A stretch of 64,000 bases of DNA from Felis catus (taxonomy: Eukaryota), in assembly GCF_018350175.1 (NCBI RefSeq), contig NC_058368.1, positions 62,250,001 through 62,314,000 of the forward strand, given 5' to 3'. The position numbers were made by a program, and so were the translations under genes. How positions within the stretch are numbered: the stretch's first letter is position 1; every line of letters begins with the position of its first letter. The notes beneath the pieces were generated by a model. That model saw only the letters and a program-made list of their open reading frames with translations. It searched no databases and was not told where the DNA came from. Of the stretch, positions 25,945-38,490 are shown one piece after another.

Positions 25945-26577
25945 AGATGTTTCCAGGTTGGGTTTCAAAATTGCTGAGGACTCATGACTCCTTTTTTCTT
26001 TCAGTTTTCCCCAATTTTGAATGGGAATTTCCTATGCCTGTTCCAACATTGTATTTTTCAAGTTAATGACTTGTTTTCTAGATTCACAGGTCAAGAGATA
26101 TGGAGGACTTGGGCCTCAGGATGGATTATATCCAGAACTTTATCTAAACCTGAATTAATTTGTTTAGATAATGAAATTTGGGACTTTGAACCTGATGAAA
26201 TTTAGATGAGATTGGTACCTTGAGTTGATGGTGTAATGGGTTGAGCCTTCTGAGGAATATTGGGGGTGGGTTGAAGTTACTTTGTATGAATATTGGGGAT
26301 GGATGTGAATCTTTGAGGGCCAGAAGGTATATTGCTATAGGTTGAATGTCACCCACCCACAAAACACGTCCATGTTTTAATATCTGGAAACTGAATATGT
26401 TAGCTTATATGGAAAAAAGGACAATGGAAATTTGATTGTTAAAGGTTTTCTGATGGGAAGGTCATTCTGGCTAATCCAGACGCGCCCAATGTTATCACAG
26501 AAATCCTTAAATAAGGGTGGCAGGAGCATCAGAGTCAGAGAGAAGGTGGTTTGATCTCAGAGGCAGAGGTCAAAGGA
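25945..26577 (+). mobile_element. MLT1 internal 3' end plus start of 3' LTR (MLT1C/D-like)
   Basis: MaLR-internal motifs (ttgaatggga...cctatgcctgttcca; gattcacagg), purine-rich tract then tgctataggttgaatgt LTR start at ~26333. Confidence 0.75.
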
Positions 26578-26691
26578 TCTCTCCTTTCCTTCAAGTTTCC
26601 AATAATGTGCGTCTAACTTCCTTCTGATCCCTCAACATCAATGTCTTTAGTGCCCTATTTCTAGTTCAAGGAAATATAATCTTGTTATCAT

Positions 26692-26915
26692 GCTCCTGGG
26701 TGGCTCAGACGGTTCAGTGTCTGACTTCGGCTCACGTCATGATCTCACGGCTCTGTTCGTGAGTTCGAGCCATACACAGAGCTATGGGCTGACAGCTCAG
26801 AGCCTGGACCCTGCTTTGACTCTTTGTCTCCCTCTTCTGCCACTTCCCCCCACTCACACTCTGTCTCTCACTCTGTCTTTCTCAAAAATAAATAAACTTT
26901 AAAAAATAAATAAAT
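26692..26915 (+). mobile_element. Can-SINE
   Basis: gctcctgggtggctcagacggtt...ctcaaaaataaataaac. Confidence 0.93.
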
Positions 26916-26981
26916 ATTTTTCCAGTCTCTCCCTGCTGACCATTTCCCCAAAAAACTTTCATATTTAAAGAACTCATTAAT

Positions 26982-27535
26982 GCAGTACCCATTTCCAGGT
27001 ATGAAAATTGTATTAATTTTCTACTGGTGTGCAACAAATTCCCATAAATTTAGCAGCCTGCAACAACATAAGTCATAAGTTTGGTAGTTAGCTGGGTTTT
27101 CTGTTTTCCAGTTATAGAAGGCTAAAGTTAAATTATGGAGTGGGCTAGGTTTATATATGGATGGTCTGGGGAAGAATCTTCTTCAGAGCTTATTATGATT
27201 ATTGGAACAATTCAGTTCCTTGTGGTTTATAGGTCTGAAATACCATTTCTTTGATGTTTGTCATTTGGGGTCTCTTCTTTGCATCTATAAGCTGCCTATC
27301 TTTGTTCTTGTGAGTCCACCCCTCTCTTCAAACCAGCAGAGTGCACTGAATCTTACACACTTATAACATCTCTGATTTCTGTCACAGCTAGAGAAAACTC
27401 TGCTTCTAAAAGAATTGAGTAATTACATTAGGCTCACTGAGAAAATCTATCTTTTGCCATATAATACAATAGAAGCACAAGAATAATACAGCAGGGCAAA
27501 GGTCATGAGGGCCATCTTATTTTCTACCTGCCACA
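26982..27535 (-). mobile_element. MLT1(E-like) 5' LTR plus first bases of internal region
   Basis: On minus strand, LTR runs tgtggcagg...aataca (27535-27009) and is followed by attttcatacctggaaatgggtactgc, resembling an MLT1-int start. Confidence 0.75.
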
Positions 27536-27814
27536 TCACTAGTTTTTGATTTTATTATTTGTACTGTGACCACCTCTTGGAAAAGCGTAAATTTTACTAA
27601 AGGTAAAATTTTGTGACAATTGATCTTGATGCCTACCTGATTAGATGACTGCAGGATTAACTTCATTAGCAATTGGTTCTCATTCACCAATCTTCAGTTT
27701 CTCTAATATTCCAGTATTACACACTACATACTAACAATTCTCTACCCCAATGACCCGGCCCTCCCACAAAAGTACGTATAAGAAGTAGCCTTTTAAATTG
27801 GAATGTAGGCTACA

Positions 27815-28508
27815 GCAAATATTTTAAAAGGAAATTCATATGTCTGCACAAAAACCTATCCACAGATGTTTATTGCAGTTTTATCCATAACTGGAAAAAC
27901 TTAGAAGTAACCAAAATGTCCTTCAGTAGGTGAATGGATAAATAAACTGTGCAACATCCAAACAGCGGGATATTATTCAGCACTGAAAATAAATGAGTTA
28001 TCAAGTCATAAAAAGACAGGGATTAACTTCAAATACATATTAATAAGTAAAAGAAGGCGATCTGAGAAGGCTACATATTGTATCATTCCAACTGTATGAC
28101 ATTCTGGGAAAGGCAAACCTATGGAGACCGGAAGGATCAGTGGTTGTTGGAGGTGGGTGAGGGAGGTAAAGAAGCGGAGCACAGAGGATTTTTAGGGCAG
28201 TGAAAAATACTCTGCATGGTATTATAATGATGGACACATGCCATCATACATTTGTCCAGAACCACAGAATATATAGCACAAGGAGTGAACAGTAATGTAA
28301 ATTAAGGGCTTTGGGTGATTATGATGTATCAGTGTAGGTTCATCAGTCTTAAATGTACCATTCTGGTGGGGTAATGTACATAATGGGGAAGCTATGTATG
28401 TGTAGGGGCAGAGGGGTTATAGGAAATCTCTGTACCTTCCTTTCTTTCAATTATGCTGTGAACGTAAAATTGCCCCCCAAAATTAAGTCTAAAACAGCAA
28501 CAACAAAT
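27815..28508 (+). mobile_element. Old L1 (L1MC-like) 3' end
   Basis: cacaaaaacc...gatgtttattgcag, gtgaatggataaataaactgtg, tatgacattctgggaaaggcaaac, catttgtccagaaccacagaat. Confidence 0.9.
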
Positions 28509-30202
28509 AAGGGTGAATTCATGACCTGCCTCTGCCTTGTTCTGATATCAAGAATCTTCTTAAACTAACTGATATAATTTTGATGTACTATTAATTCACA
28601 CAAACATAACTGTATTGTATAAAGAAGACATTGATTTGTTGTGTGAGTGTTCCAGCAACAGTATGCAGAAGTATCAGATTCTAGTCATGGTAAGGATCAA
28701 CTACATCATCCACAGAATTCCTAAAATCTGGTCAAATACCATGTTCAAGATCACGTCAAAAGGCCTAGAGGGGACTGACAACATCATGTGTGGGATCCAT
28801 TGCCTTACAAGACAGTGTCTGAATTCTAAATTCTCATTTTATGTGTTGTGTAACATTGTGCAATGATCTCATTGAAGAGAGGCTTATTTGTAAAACTAAA
28901 GGTTAATCGTGGAATTGCTGTCAAAATATGCAATACACTTTAATAATCTTCTTCCTCCTTTATAATTCATTTCAAACATGTATGATTGATTTACCATTTA
29001 AGAAACTGAGAACTCTGGCAGGGAATGAAACAACTATGCCATGATTGATACTTGCTTTGTATTGTGTTTCTGTCTCCTATTCTGATTCATGATTCTGGTT
29101 AATTAATGTTATAATATTGGCTTTTTCAAGTGACTGAAGTGAAAGGAAATCTTTCCTATGAGGAAATTCTGTAATACGCTCAGATCATCTGATGTCACCC
29201 AAAACACTGTGAAATGTCTTTTCACTTCTGGTGTCAGAGGATAGCGTTAGAATTAACTTCTAATTCAAACACCCCCCCCCCCCCACACACACACCTCCTT
29301 ATAAGATTAAATTTAAAAAGATAAAATAATATGCTCAGGAAAAGCATAAAATCAATATTATTAGGATCTGAATTAGAGTGGATTAAGAGACCAAGAAATT
29401 GCTTATCACTTGTTTTCTGCACAGGAAAGAATAAGATGAAATATATTTCACAACACCACTATCACAAAGATTTTCAGCCTATAAGAAAACAGAAAGTCTC
29501 AACTTCCCAGAAGTAATCTGAAATGGGACACACTTTTCAAAATATCACATGGAAGTGTTGGAAATTTTGAAAGTAGTGGAAATTGATAGGGTCTAGTCTC
29601 CTGTGAAATTGAGCAATGCATATTCCTTAGCTTACAAAGAAGAATAAAATAGATCAGTATCAGTCAAAACCTAAAGTCTGCAGTGCTATCAGCCTAGAAG
29701 AATAAACAAAATATATTATGCTGTTGCTATGGGAACAAATTCCTCTTGGGTGTAAGAGAAATTTCTTTTAACAAAAATTCAACTTGAACCACTAATATAG
29801 GAACAATTATAATTTTCAAAGGGAAGGAGAATTAGTAGATATAGGTATTCATTGAAGGAATTTCTTTTCAGTTTGGATTTTATAAGTGTTGTGACTTAAA
29901 GCCTTGAGACTTCCCAATTAAGGTCAAGAAACTGAGCCACCTTGGGCAGTTAGTAGATAATTTTCTTATATAAAAGAGAAATGTCAAATTCAGAATACTT
30001 ATTAGGTAAGTCATTCATGAAAACTGCTCTTTAGAAACCACATTTACACTCTCACTAAGATTATAACATTACTCCAAATGCTCTTTATTAGAATTTCTTT
30101 CTTCAAAACACAAAATTAAAAGAATGGAAATGCAGGTCACTAAATGTGAGATAATATTTGAAAAACACATAACTGATAAAAGGCTAATCTTATATATATA
30201 TG

Positions 30203-30243
<41 letters not shown>

Positions 30244-30593
30244 GTGTAAATCAAGAAAGACAACCTGACTGAAAAATGGGCAAAAGATGCTTAGCCAAAA
30301 ATATATGTAAAAAGGTGCTCAACTATATTAACAATCATGTAAATGCATGTTCAGAAAGAGGAATGAGACATAGCTACACACTCACTTAAATAGTTCTAAG
30401 GGAAATACTGGCAAAGCTAAGTGCTGCTGGAGATATGGATCTATAGGAACTCTCAAACACTATCAATGGGAGTCAAAATCTTCCAGTTGGTAAAATTCTT
30501 AGAAATATTACGGCTAAATTGAACATGTTTATACCCAATGGGAATGTGTGTACACATTCATCAAAATACAGATGAGAATTTCTATCAAAATAT

Positions 30594-30805
30594 TATTTTT
30601 TTAACATTTATTTATTTTTGAGAGATAGAGAGACAGAGCGTGAGCAGGGCAAGGGCAGAGAGAGAGGGAGACACAGAGTCAGAAGCAGGCTCCAGCCTCT
30701 GAGCTGTCAGAACAGAGCCTGACGCGGGGCTTGAACCCACGAACTGTGTGACCATGACCTGAGCTGAAGTCTGATGCTCAATTGACTGAACCACCCAGGT
30801 GCCCC
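30594..30805 (-). mobile_element. Can-SINE
   Basis: Full SINE body, ends ccacccaggtgcccc. Confidence 0.96.
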
Positions 30806-30839
30806 CCCTATCCAACTACTATTAATAATTATCAGAAAT

Positions 30840-31061
30840 GGGGCGCCTGGGTGGCTCAGTCGGTTAAGCGTCCGACTTCGGCTCAGGTCATGATCTCACA
30901 GTCCGTGAGTTCGAGCCCCGCGTCGGGCTCTGTGCTGACAGCTCAGAGCCTGGAGCCTGTTTTGGATTCTGTGTCTCCCTCTCTCTCTGCCCCTCCCCTA
31001 TTCATGCTCTGTCTCTCTCTGTCTCAAAAATAAATAAACGTTAAAAAAAATTAAAATAAAA
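30840..31061 (+). mobile_element. Young SINEC_Fc-type
   Basis: Perfect 16-bp TSD aataattatcagaaat at 30824-30839 and 31062-31077. Confidence 0.97.
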
Positions 31062-31560
31062 AATAATTATCAGAAATGGAAAACAACCCAAATGTTCATC
31101 AACAATAGAATGGATAAATAGTGGTAATTGTACTGTAGGATACTGTACATCAAAGTAAATCAGCTAACTAGAGATGTAAACAACATAAATAAATAACATA
31201 ATACTTAATCAATGAAACCAGATTCAAAAGAATATACATTATACAATTCCTTCATATACAATTTTAAGTCATGCAAATTGTATTATAAAATTAGAAGACA
31301 GTACAAGGTTACCTTTGAAAAAACAGGGTGGTGTTGGGAGGAGACAAGAGGGAGGCTTCTTCAGTGCAGGGAATATTCTGATCCATGATCTGGATGACGT
31401 TTATAAAGGGTTTTCTTACAATAATATGTTTAGAGGTATGCTTATGATATCAGCATTTCTCTGTATGTGGGTTTTCGAGTATTAAAATATTAATTGCAAA
31501 TTAATTCGAAGCATCTTAAAAGAACACATATGGTCACTTTGTTCATTTCTCTCCTTTCAG

Positions 31561-31683
31561 GAAAGACTACAACCAATTGATCTCAAGAAAATAATATTCC
31601 ATGGCTATTGCATACCCTGCAAGGAAAGGAATGAACATCAGAAATTTCCTTTGAATATTATCTACAATGGTCACATTGAAATA
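31561..31683 (+). CDS. Candidate internal coding exon (123 nt, phase 0-0), gene unidentified
   Basis: ttcatttctctcctttcag acceptor and gtaagt donor; only frame 0 is open: ERLQPIDLKKIIFHGYCIPCKERNEHQKFPLNIIYNGHIEI. Confidence 0.45.
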
Positions 31684-31919
31684 GTAAGTAGCCTCTAAGT
31701 CAAAATACTTGAATGGTGTTCTGACCTTCATTTTTCTTCTTGGATTAACCAATGCATGCCACCGGAAGAGACAAATATTAAATATCTGTTTATATCAGCC
31801 TTGCATGTGCTGGCTATTCTATCAAAATTTAGTGACTTCTGGGATACTGCTGGAAGTTTTATATTTTGAGATACTGTTTTATATGACAGTTGAAAACAAG
31901 GTGGTGGGGCGGTTATTCA

Positions 31920-32020
31920 GATAGGGAGACTAAGCTTCAAGCCCTGGTTCAGCCCTAACAGTTGTTTGACGTTGGCCAGGTGGCTTTACCACCAAATTCC
32001 TGATGTTTTTATTGGGAAAG
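31920..32020 (-). mobile_element. MIR fragment
   Basis: gactaagcttcaagccctggttcagccctaacagttgtttgacgttggccagg. Confidence 0.5.
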
Positions 32021-32399
32021 AAGTCATTGTACAAGTACTAATATTGTATGGTTCTGAATGATCAGTGCAACAATACAAATAAAACACATATCAATCTCAA
32101 GATTCATGGCACCCTGAAAATGCTCAATCAATATAATTACATTAAATTATAATAAAAATGTATCATTTATAATAAGAAAAGCATTAAGTATCAGTGGAAA
32201 TCTACTTATCTCACAATTGTAATATGCTATATGTAATTAGTTTCTACTTCTCTTTTGACTAGCTCAAATATTTTAGGTTCCAGTTTCTTCGCTTTGTTGT
32301 TGTTGTTGCTGATGATGTTGTTTTGAAGATTCCATCGTATTAATTTTTTCCCTTTAAAACACATTGAATTGCAGCTGAAACCTGAGTGACTCAGTAATC

Positions 32400-33300
32400 A
32401 GTAGCAAACATGGTGGCAAACAGCCAGACCTCAAGGATAACATTTTAGGATCAGGGCTGTCTGACCTGCTTTAGGTTTAAAGGCAATGAGGATGAGACTA
32501 ACATTAGAGAATGGAACTGCAGTAATTTAGGGCACATAATGTCAAAACTGCCACTTAAATCATCAGCTGTGGTTTCCTGGAAGAAAATGCCTACTGAAGG
32601 CATAGCTATGGAGGACGAAGCACTTGACTAACATAATGCTTGTACTGGGCATGCAAAAGACAAGGGTTCTGAAACTCTTGCTTCTCACAGCACTGAAAAA
32701 TCGAAGAAAGAAAACAACGGGATTCTTTCAGTTCAATGATCAAGGTACAGAGACAAAACCAGTAAGTTTCAAAACTATCATAAAAATATACCGTATTGCC
32801 TAAAACCTTACAATGAATTTGTTAACTAGTGCATGATAAATTGTTATGTAGGTTGAATGCACAGACTTCTTTGGTAAAGTTACTCATTGAAAAAAAAATG
32901 ACACCTGAAAATTGGAATGATGACATTTAGGTAATTCTGGGGTCCACAGATTCCACATTCCACTGAGCCTTTCTAGACAGCAGAGACAGTTCCTCTTCCA
33001 CCGTCTGATGAAATCTGTCTTGCCTTAATTGGCAGTCCATTAAGACTTTAATTTAGGTACTTACCTTTCAAGTGCCTGTCAGTTTTCTTCATTCCTATCT
33101 CTTGTCAATGATTGTTGATCTGTAATTACATTCAGATGCCAGCATATCCCAGTGTGCCAGTTAAGAAGTTGAACCTGAGATGTCAAAAGTGTTTCATGGT
33201 TTTCAAATCCATATCCTCAAGCCATGGGTAATTTGTGGACGAGTTTGCTAAACTAAGATGGGAGGAAAGAAAATGTTAAGTTCAAAGTATTACATCTAGC
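32400..33300 (+). mobile_element. ERVL internal (gag-like) remnant
   Basis: ttgaatgcacag...taaagt...cattga...gacacctgaaaattggaatgatgacat...ccactgagcc resembles recalled ERVL gag. Confidence 0.6.
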
Positions 33301-33469
33301 AACTAGGAATCTCTTTCTTTCCGTCTTTCATCTAGATCTCTGAAACAGATTTAGTGGTGGTACACTCAGCATGAGATTAAATTACCAGAGATTTCTGGGT
33401 ATAGTCAAGTACTATTGTGTCTGATACAGTATCCACTAGTTAAATGTATCTATCAAGGTACTGTGTCTC

Positions 33470-33950
33470 CTCCAAATCAAGATGTGGTTTAAGTGTAAAA
33501 TACACATCAGAGTTTTAGGACCTAGTGCAAAACAAAAGCAAAAGATCATTAATAGAGATTATATTGATTACATGTTGGAGTTATAATTGTTTTAATATAG
33601 TGAATTAAAGAAAATATTAAATATTTTAAAGTGTATTTTTCATTTTAATTTATGTTTAATGTTTATTTATTTATTGGCAGGGGTAGGGGGAAGGACAGAG
33701 AGAAAGGAGAGAATTTTAAGCAGGCTCCAGGCTCAGCACACAGGGTACCACCTCAGAAACCGTGAGATCATGAACTGAACTGAAATCAAGAGTCAGATGC
33801 TCAACCGACTGAGACACCCAGGTGTCTCCAAAATGTTTTTTGTTTTGTTTTGTTTTGTTTTGTTTTGCTTTGTTTTGTTTTTTAGTGTGGCTACTACAAA
33901 ATTGAAAATTCCATATATGGCTAACACTAAACTTGTATTTGATATTGTAT
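33470..33950 (-). mobile_element. MER33-like DNA transposon with nested SINE and (TTTTG)n
   Basis: aagtgtaaaatacac, tatattgattacatgttg, gtggctactacaaaattgaaaatt. Confidence 0.75.
33636..33829 (-). mobile_element. Can-SINE (older)
   Basis: aagcaggctccaggctcagcac...caaccgactgagacacccaggtgtctcc. Confidence 0.9.
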
Positions 33951-33969
33951 TTCCAGAATAAAGAATCTA

Positions 33970-34470
33970 AAGAGTTAAAGAAACTGTGGCGTGGAATTCA
34001 TTTTAACATGTATGTCTGGTTTACCCAACTATTAACGAAGACCCCCCAACAAGGGCCAGGGGTTTCTGCCAATACTGGGCAATTTATTGGTAAGAAGAAG
34101 GACAACATCCTTGAAAGGAGCATAAAAGGATGTATTTTGGAATCCCTTAGTACAGTTGGGAGGTCGTAGCCATTGAAGTAGCCCTGAGTCCTCAGTGGGC
34201 ATGATGACTCCAGCTTTCATGTATCATTGGCCAGCTCTCACAGTTACTGGAATGGACAACAAGGTGCAATGAGAGTCACTGTCCTGTCAACTTTGGTTCA
34301 GGACACAGCATTTGTTCTAAACCGGTCACCAGCAAGTAATTCTGTTTCTTCCATACCAATGACATTTAGTTCATGTATCAAAGAGTACATGCAGGAGAGG
34401 CACAAAAATTTAATTTCCTATTTACAGGTGTTAGTATTTAATGCAGAAATGATTCCATCAGCATTGACAC
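33970..34470 (+). mobile_element. ERVL internal (pol/integrase-region) remnant
   Basis: tgtttcttccatacca...tcaaagag; aaatttaatttcct...ggtgttagt...aatgattccatcag resemble the ERVL pol 3' region. Confidence 0.5.
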
Positions 34471-34474
34471 ATTG

Positions 34475-34649
34475 GCTTTAATACCTTCCCCCCAGATAGA
34501 CTGAACTTTACACAGGCTTTTTTCTGAATCTAGGCTCTAAATTCCCTTTCTGAGAGCATTCGTTTTAGAAAATTTCAAATTGTTCTTTCTTAAGCTACCC
34601 CTTTGCAATATAAATCATTTTTATTTAAAACTTTTTATTATTTATTTAT

Positions 34650-34695
<46 letters not shown>

Positions 34696-35278
34696 AGAGC
34701 AAGCATGGGAGGGGCAGAGAGAGAGGGAGACAGAGAATCTCAAGCAGCCTCTGCACTGCCAGTGCAGAGCCCGACATGGGGCTCAAACTCACGAACCATA
34801 AAATCATGACCTGAGCCCAAATCAAGAGTTGGATGCCAACCAACCAAGCCACTCAGGTGTCCCACAATATACATATTTTTTAAACAGTTTTGCCAATTTT
34901 GCAATCAGGCATGTCTTTCTCAACGACCTTGGTGCCATCTCTTTGAAATGCAGTATGAAAGGGACAGGGCCCCTTATATCCTAGTTTCTGTGGGAATGAA
35001 TGTGGGGCCCTAACTATGAAAGACACCTTCCTCCAACTTGTAAAACTCCTTCCTTTCATGAAAATAGCAGAAAGTTCACTTTACCTTTGAATAAATCCCT
35101 TTAGCAAATGCAAATGGCTTATGATTCCTCTTTCCCCAGCTCTTAAAATCTCTTTGACCTTTTTGTATTTAGTGGAGTTAAGCTTGGGCTGATTCCAGCG
35201 TCTCTCTCCTATTGCAATAGTTTTGAATAAAGTCTCTCTTGCTCTCTAACTTTGTTCAGTACAATTTTTGTTTTGACA
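34475..35278 (+). mobile_element. ERV LTR (probably ERV1-class) with nested SINE
   Basis: LTR-type 3' end ctctctcctattgcaatagttttgAATAAAgtc...ttttgaCA; start boundary uncertain. Confidence 0.65.
34618..34863 (-). mobile_element. Can-SINE with long (GA)n
   Basis: Standard SINE body. Confidence 0.94.
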
Positions 35279-35429
35279 GGATATTCAGGCATGCTTGCAC
35301 TGATATAGAAGTCTAGATTGACTGTTAGCCATTGTAGTCTTAGCACTAATAGGAAAAAAAAAAAAAGAAAGAAGGAAATGTGGCATAGACTAAAGTGGTT
35401 ATTTTTCTTATTCAAATGTGCTACATTAT

Positions 35430-35750
35430 GCATATGAGGAAGATTATGCCAGGATCTTGTGGTGTGTTCTTCTCTGCCTCATAGTACTGCCATTCCAGTC
35501 ATAATGTTAATGAAAAACTATAGCAACCCAATGCGATCAGGCCCCTGAAGGCTAAGATTACCCCAGAATGAAGATTTGAACCATGCTGCAAAAGGTAAAA
35601 CACTGACCACCCAAGCTGCATCGAGGTAATTAACTAGAATAACAGCACAAAAGGAATATAAGAATGGAAAAAGTAAATGTGGGAAGACTGATGGAGGAAT
35701 GTTTTAGTTCATTTAAACTACAGTCCAGTGACAAGATAAAGAAGTAAGGG
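35430..35750 (+). mobile_element. ERVL internal 3' end remnant
   Basis: ttaatgaaaaactatagcaacccaat...cagaatgaagatttg...aggtaaaa...aaaggaatata...ctacagtccagtgac. Confidence 0.65.
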
Positions 35751-37539
35751 TCTTTGGGTCTCAGATTCACACTCATCCTTCCATATTCTAGTTAGTTTCA
35801 AGTTAAGTTCTGCCTATGGGAGACATTTATGGAGACTGAAAGAGAGAGAAAGGGAGTAATCATGTTTTCGTTCTTGTTTCTTGCTCCGATTGGGGCCCTG
35901 TGCTTATAAAAAGCAAGAACTGAAAGCACATATGAACACAATCTAACAATTATAGACCTATCTCACAAATAAATATGTTAATATCCTAAATAAGATACTA
36001 CCGAATTAAACATGGTAACAAATTGAGTGATTAATAAAATCTGGGAATATGATTTGTCTATTACAAATCTAGTCCTGTCACAATAATAAAGTCTATGATT
36101 TTTAACATAACTCATTGAAAGATAATTGGGAGACATTTTATTATGTAAATAGGTGATGCTAAATCGTTCTGTAGAGAGTAAAATAGTATTGTTCAGGGGA
36201 AAATAATTATTTAATTACTTGGGATAGAAGATGAAACTTCAAGAGATTGGATATGTGCAGAACTGACAAGGTATGGGGAAAGGCAGACAATTCTGAAGCT
36301 CTGAACAAAGCCTGGGTGGGGATATCAGACAGCTCACTGGAAAGATGTGCTTAAAAGCCTGAGAAAATACAGAGATGCTCCTCAGGAATTCTTCCAACGT
36401 TTGAACGCCCAGACAGTGTGGAATGGTATGGGATTCAATTTAATTTTACTTTGTATTTCTGGGCCACATTTGTATCTGGGTTATAAATTTCCTTGGCTCA
36501 TCATGGGTCAGCTGTATTAAGGTACAGTTACTGGATACATGTCAAATTAAATAAAAATCCTAGAATTCTTCATGGAAGCAGAGATTATTGCTAACTTGAT
36601 CTAGACTGCCCTGTGAACAGGCCAAGTCTGAAGAAATTTTTAAAGCCTTCTTTTAGGTAAGTTTAAGTGTCTTGGGGGGTTATGTGTTCCTGCATACCTG
36701 CAGTGGTTCATGTGTGTGACTAGCACTGTTAGAAGGTTTGTTTTGGACAAAAGCCAAGAATGCTTAATATAGGATGAATTTCAAAATATTCGTGATTCAA
36801 ATATGTGTCTACATATATTTTTTCAACATTTCATTGAGGTAAAAATGAAGTGCACGTCATATATGCTTAGCTGCCAAGATGAAAATTACCTGGAGTCTTG
36901 GATCCCACTGTGTGATTTGTGATTATACAAACACTGCTTCTTCTCTAGAGGCTATAATACATCAGAAGCCAGCAACATTCTTGGAAAGTGCAGTGTCAGG
37001 GAAGGGGAGGAGAGTTTTAAATTGTGGTTCAATGTACAACAGGAGAGGACTTTCACTCCTGAAGGCAAATAGAAGAAAGAGATTGATAAACAGTTTCTAG
37101 GGCCTGACACTAGTAGTTAAATGTTGTCTCAAGGTTGCCGATGGCTCAGAGTCCTGGCAGATTGCCTCGTAAAAGTCAAATGGATCTTCCCTACTGTGGA
37201 AAGACATAAGCCAGTTTTTTGATCATGAACCAACACTTAGGAGAAAACACATACATTGAGATTATTAAAATATATTTCATGATGTATTTTGCAACAAACA
37301 GCACAAAATTCTTTTGAATACTGTATGGTTAAGTAGATTAGCTATGAGTAATTGAACACTGGAGCATTTTGAACTGGACTTCATAACAGATGCTCAGCTT
37401 TCCTGATAGAACTGAAGATCCCCTAACTCTAGTATTAGAAAAATTATTTTCGTATTAAGGAGAGAGCAGTCTCACTGTAGTAAACAAATGGACTCCCTTA
37501 TACCTCAACTCTGAGGGAAAGAAATTTAGATTGTGTTCT

Positions 37540-37960
37540 AAAGAAAGAGAAGCATCTGGCCTCTGATGACAAGGAGAAAAAGTATACATAAGAACCCACA
37601 GGTGGGACAAAATGGGCATATTTGAGGTTCTGGAAAATAGCTTGTATGTGGAATGCTTGGTGAGCAAGAGGAAGTTCAAGATAAGGTTGCAAAGGTAGGA
37701 AGGGGCTTGATCATACCAGCTTTGGGGTTTAGGTTTTGTTCAAGATACAATGAGAAGCCACTGAGGAATTTTGAATAGAGTAGCTGAAATCATCATACAT
37801 GAATGTGGGAGTGAGGAACCAGAAGCTCAATAGATTAAAGTAGTGACCCTGAGAAGACTGCAGAGCCAGTGCTATTGGTCTCAGAAAAGCTGACATGTTT
37901 GTAGGAGAGAGGAGGCTGTTGAGTCCAAACACTCCACCACTGCAGGAGCTTTAGGGCTAG
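37540..37960 (-). mobile_element. L2 fragment
   Basis: caatgagaagccactgaggaattttgaatagag antisense L2 motif. Confidence 0.65.
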
Positions 37961-38280
37961 GGATTTGCGGATCTCTTGTTGAGTAGACTGCAGGAAAAAC
38001 AAACAAACAAACAAACAAACAAATAAAAAAAACAGCTTCAAGTCAAGACAAGATTGTATAGGGATAAGGAAGTTTACACGTAACAGTGTCATACCAACAA
38101 AAAATCACAGTTTTTCAGTTGAAAAGTAAACATTTCAGAGTCAAAACTCAGGTAAAATAGCAACCAATAGAATCCTGTTCCAAAATGCATAGAAATGTCA
38201 TAAATCCCTCCTTTTATCTCATTCTGCCAGTTGTTAGGGTATGTCATTATCTTCTTGATTGTTGAGAGGCAGCCAATGTA

Positions 38281-38419
38281 AGAAAGAAAGAAAAAAAGAA
38301 AGGAAGGAAGATAGGACAGAAAGACAGAATGAAAGGAAAGAAGGAAAGAAGGAAGGAAGGAAGGAAGGAAGGAAGGAAGGAAGGAACAGAGGGAGGAAGG
38401 AAGGAAGAGAGAAAGGGAG

Positions 38420-38482
<63 letters not shown>

Positions 38483-38490
38483 AAAAGAAA
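38281..38490. repeat. Compound (GGAA)n/(GAAA)n microsatellite
   Basis: About 210-bp almost pure purine run. Confidence 0.97.

Larger units (their letters stand above)
30095..31495 (+). mobile_element. Ancient L1 ORF2-end/3'UTR fragment containing two SINEs
   Basis: gaaaaatgggcaaaaga, tgctcaac, ggaactctca, ggaaaacaacccaaatgttcatcaacaatagaatggataaat. Confidence 0.8.

Noticed and set aside
28640..28700. ATG|gtaagg donor with a nearby ttccag
   Set aside because: Weak polypyrimidine tract and 34-nt length; likely chance
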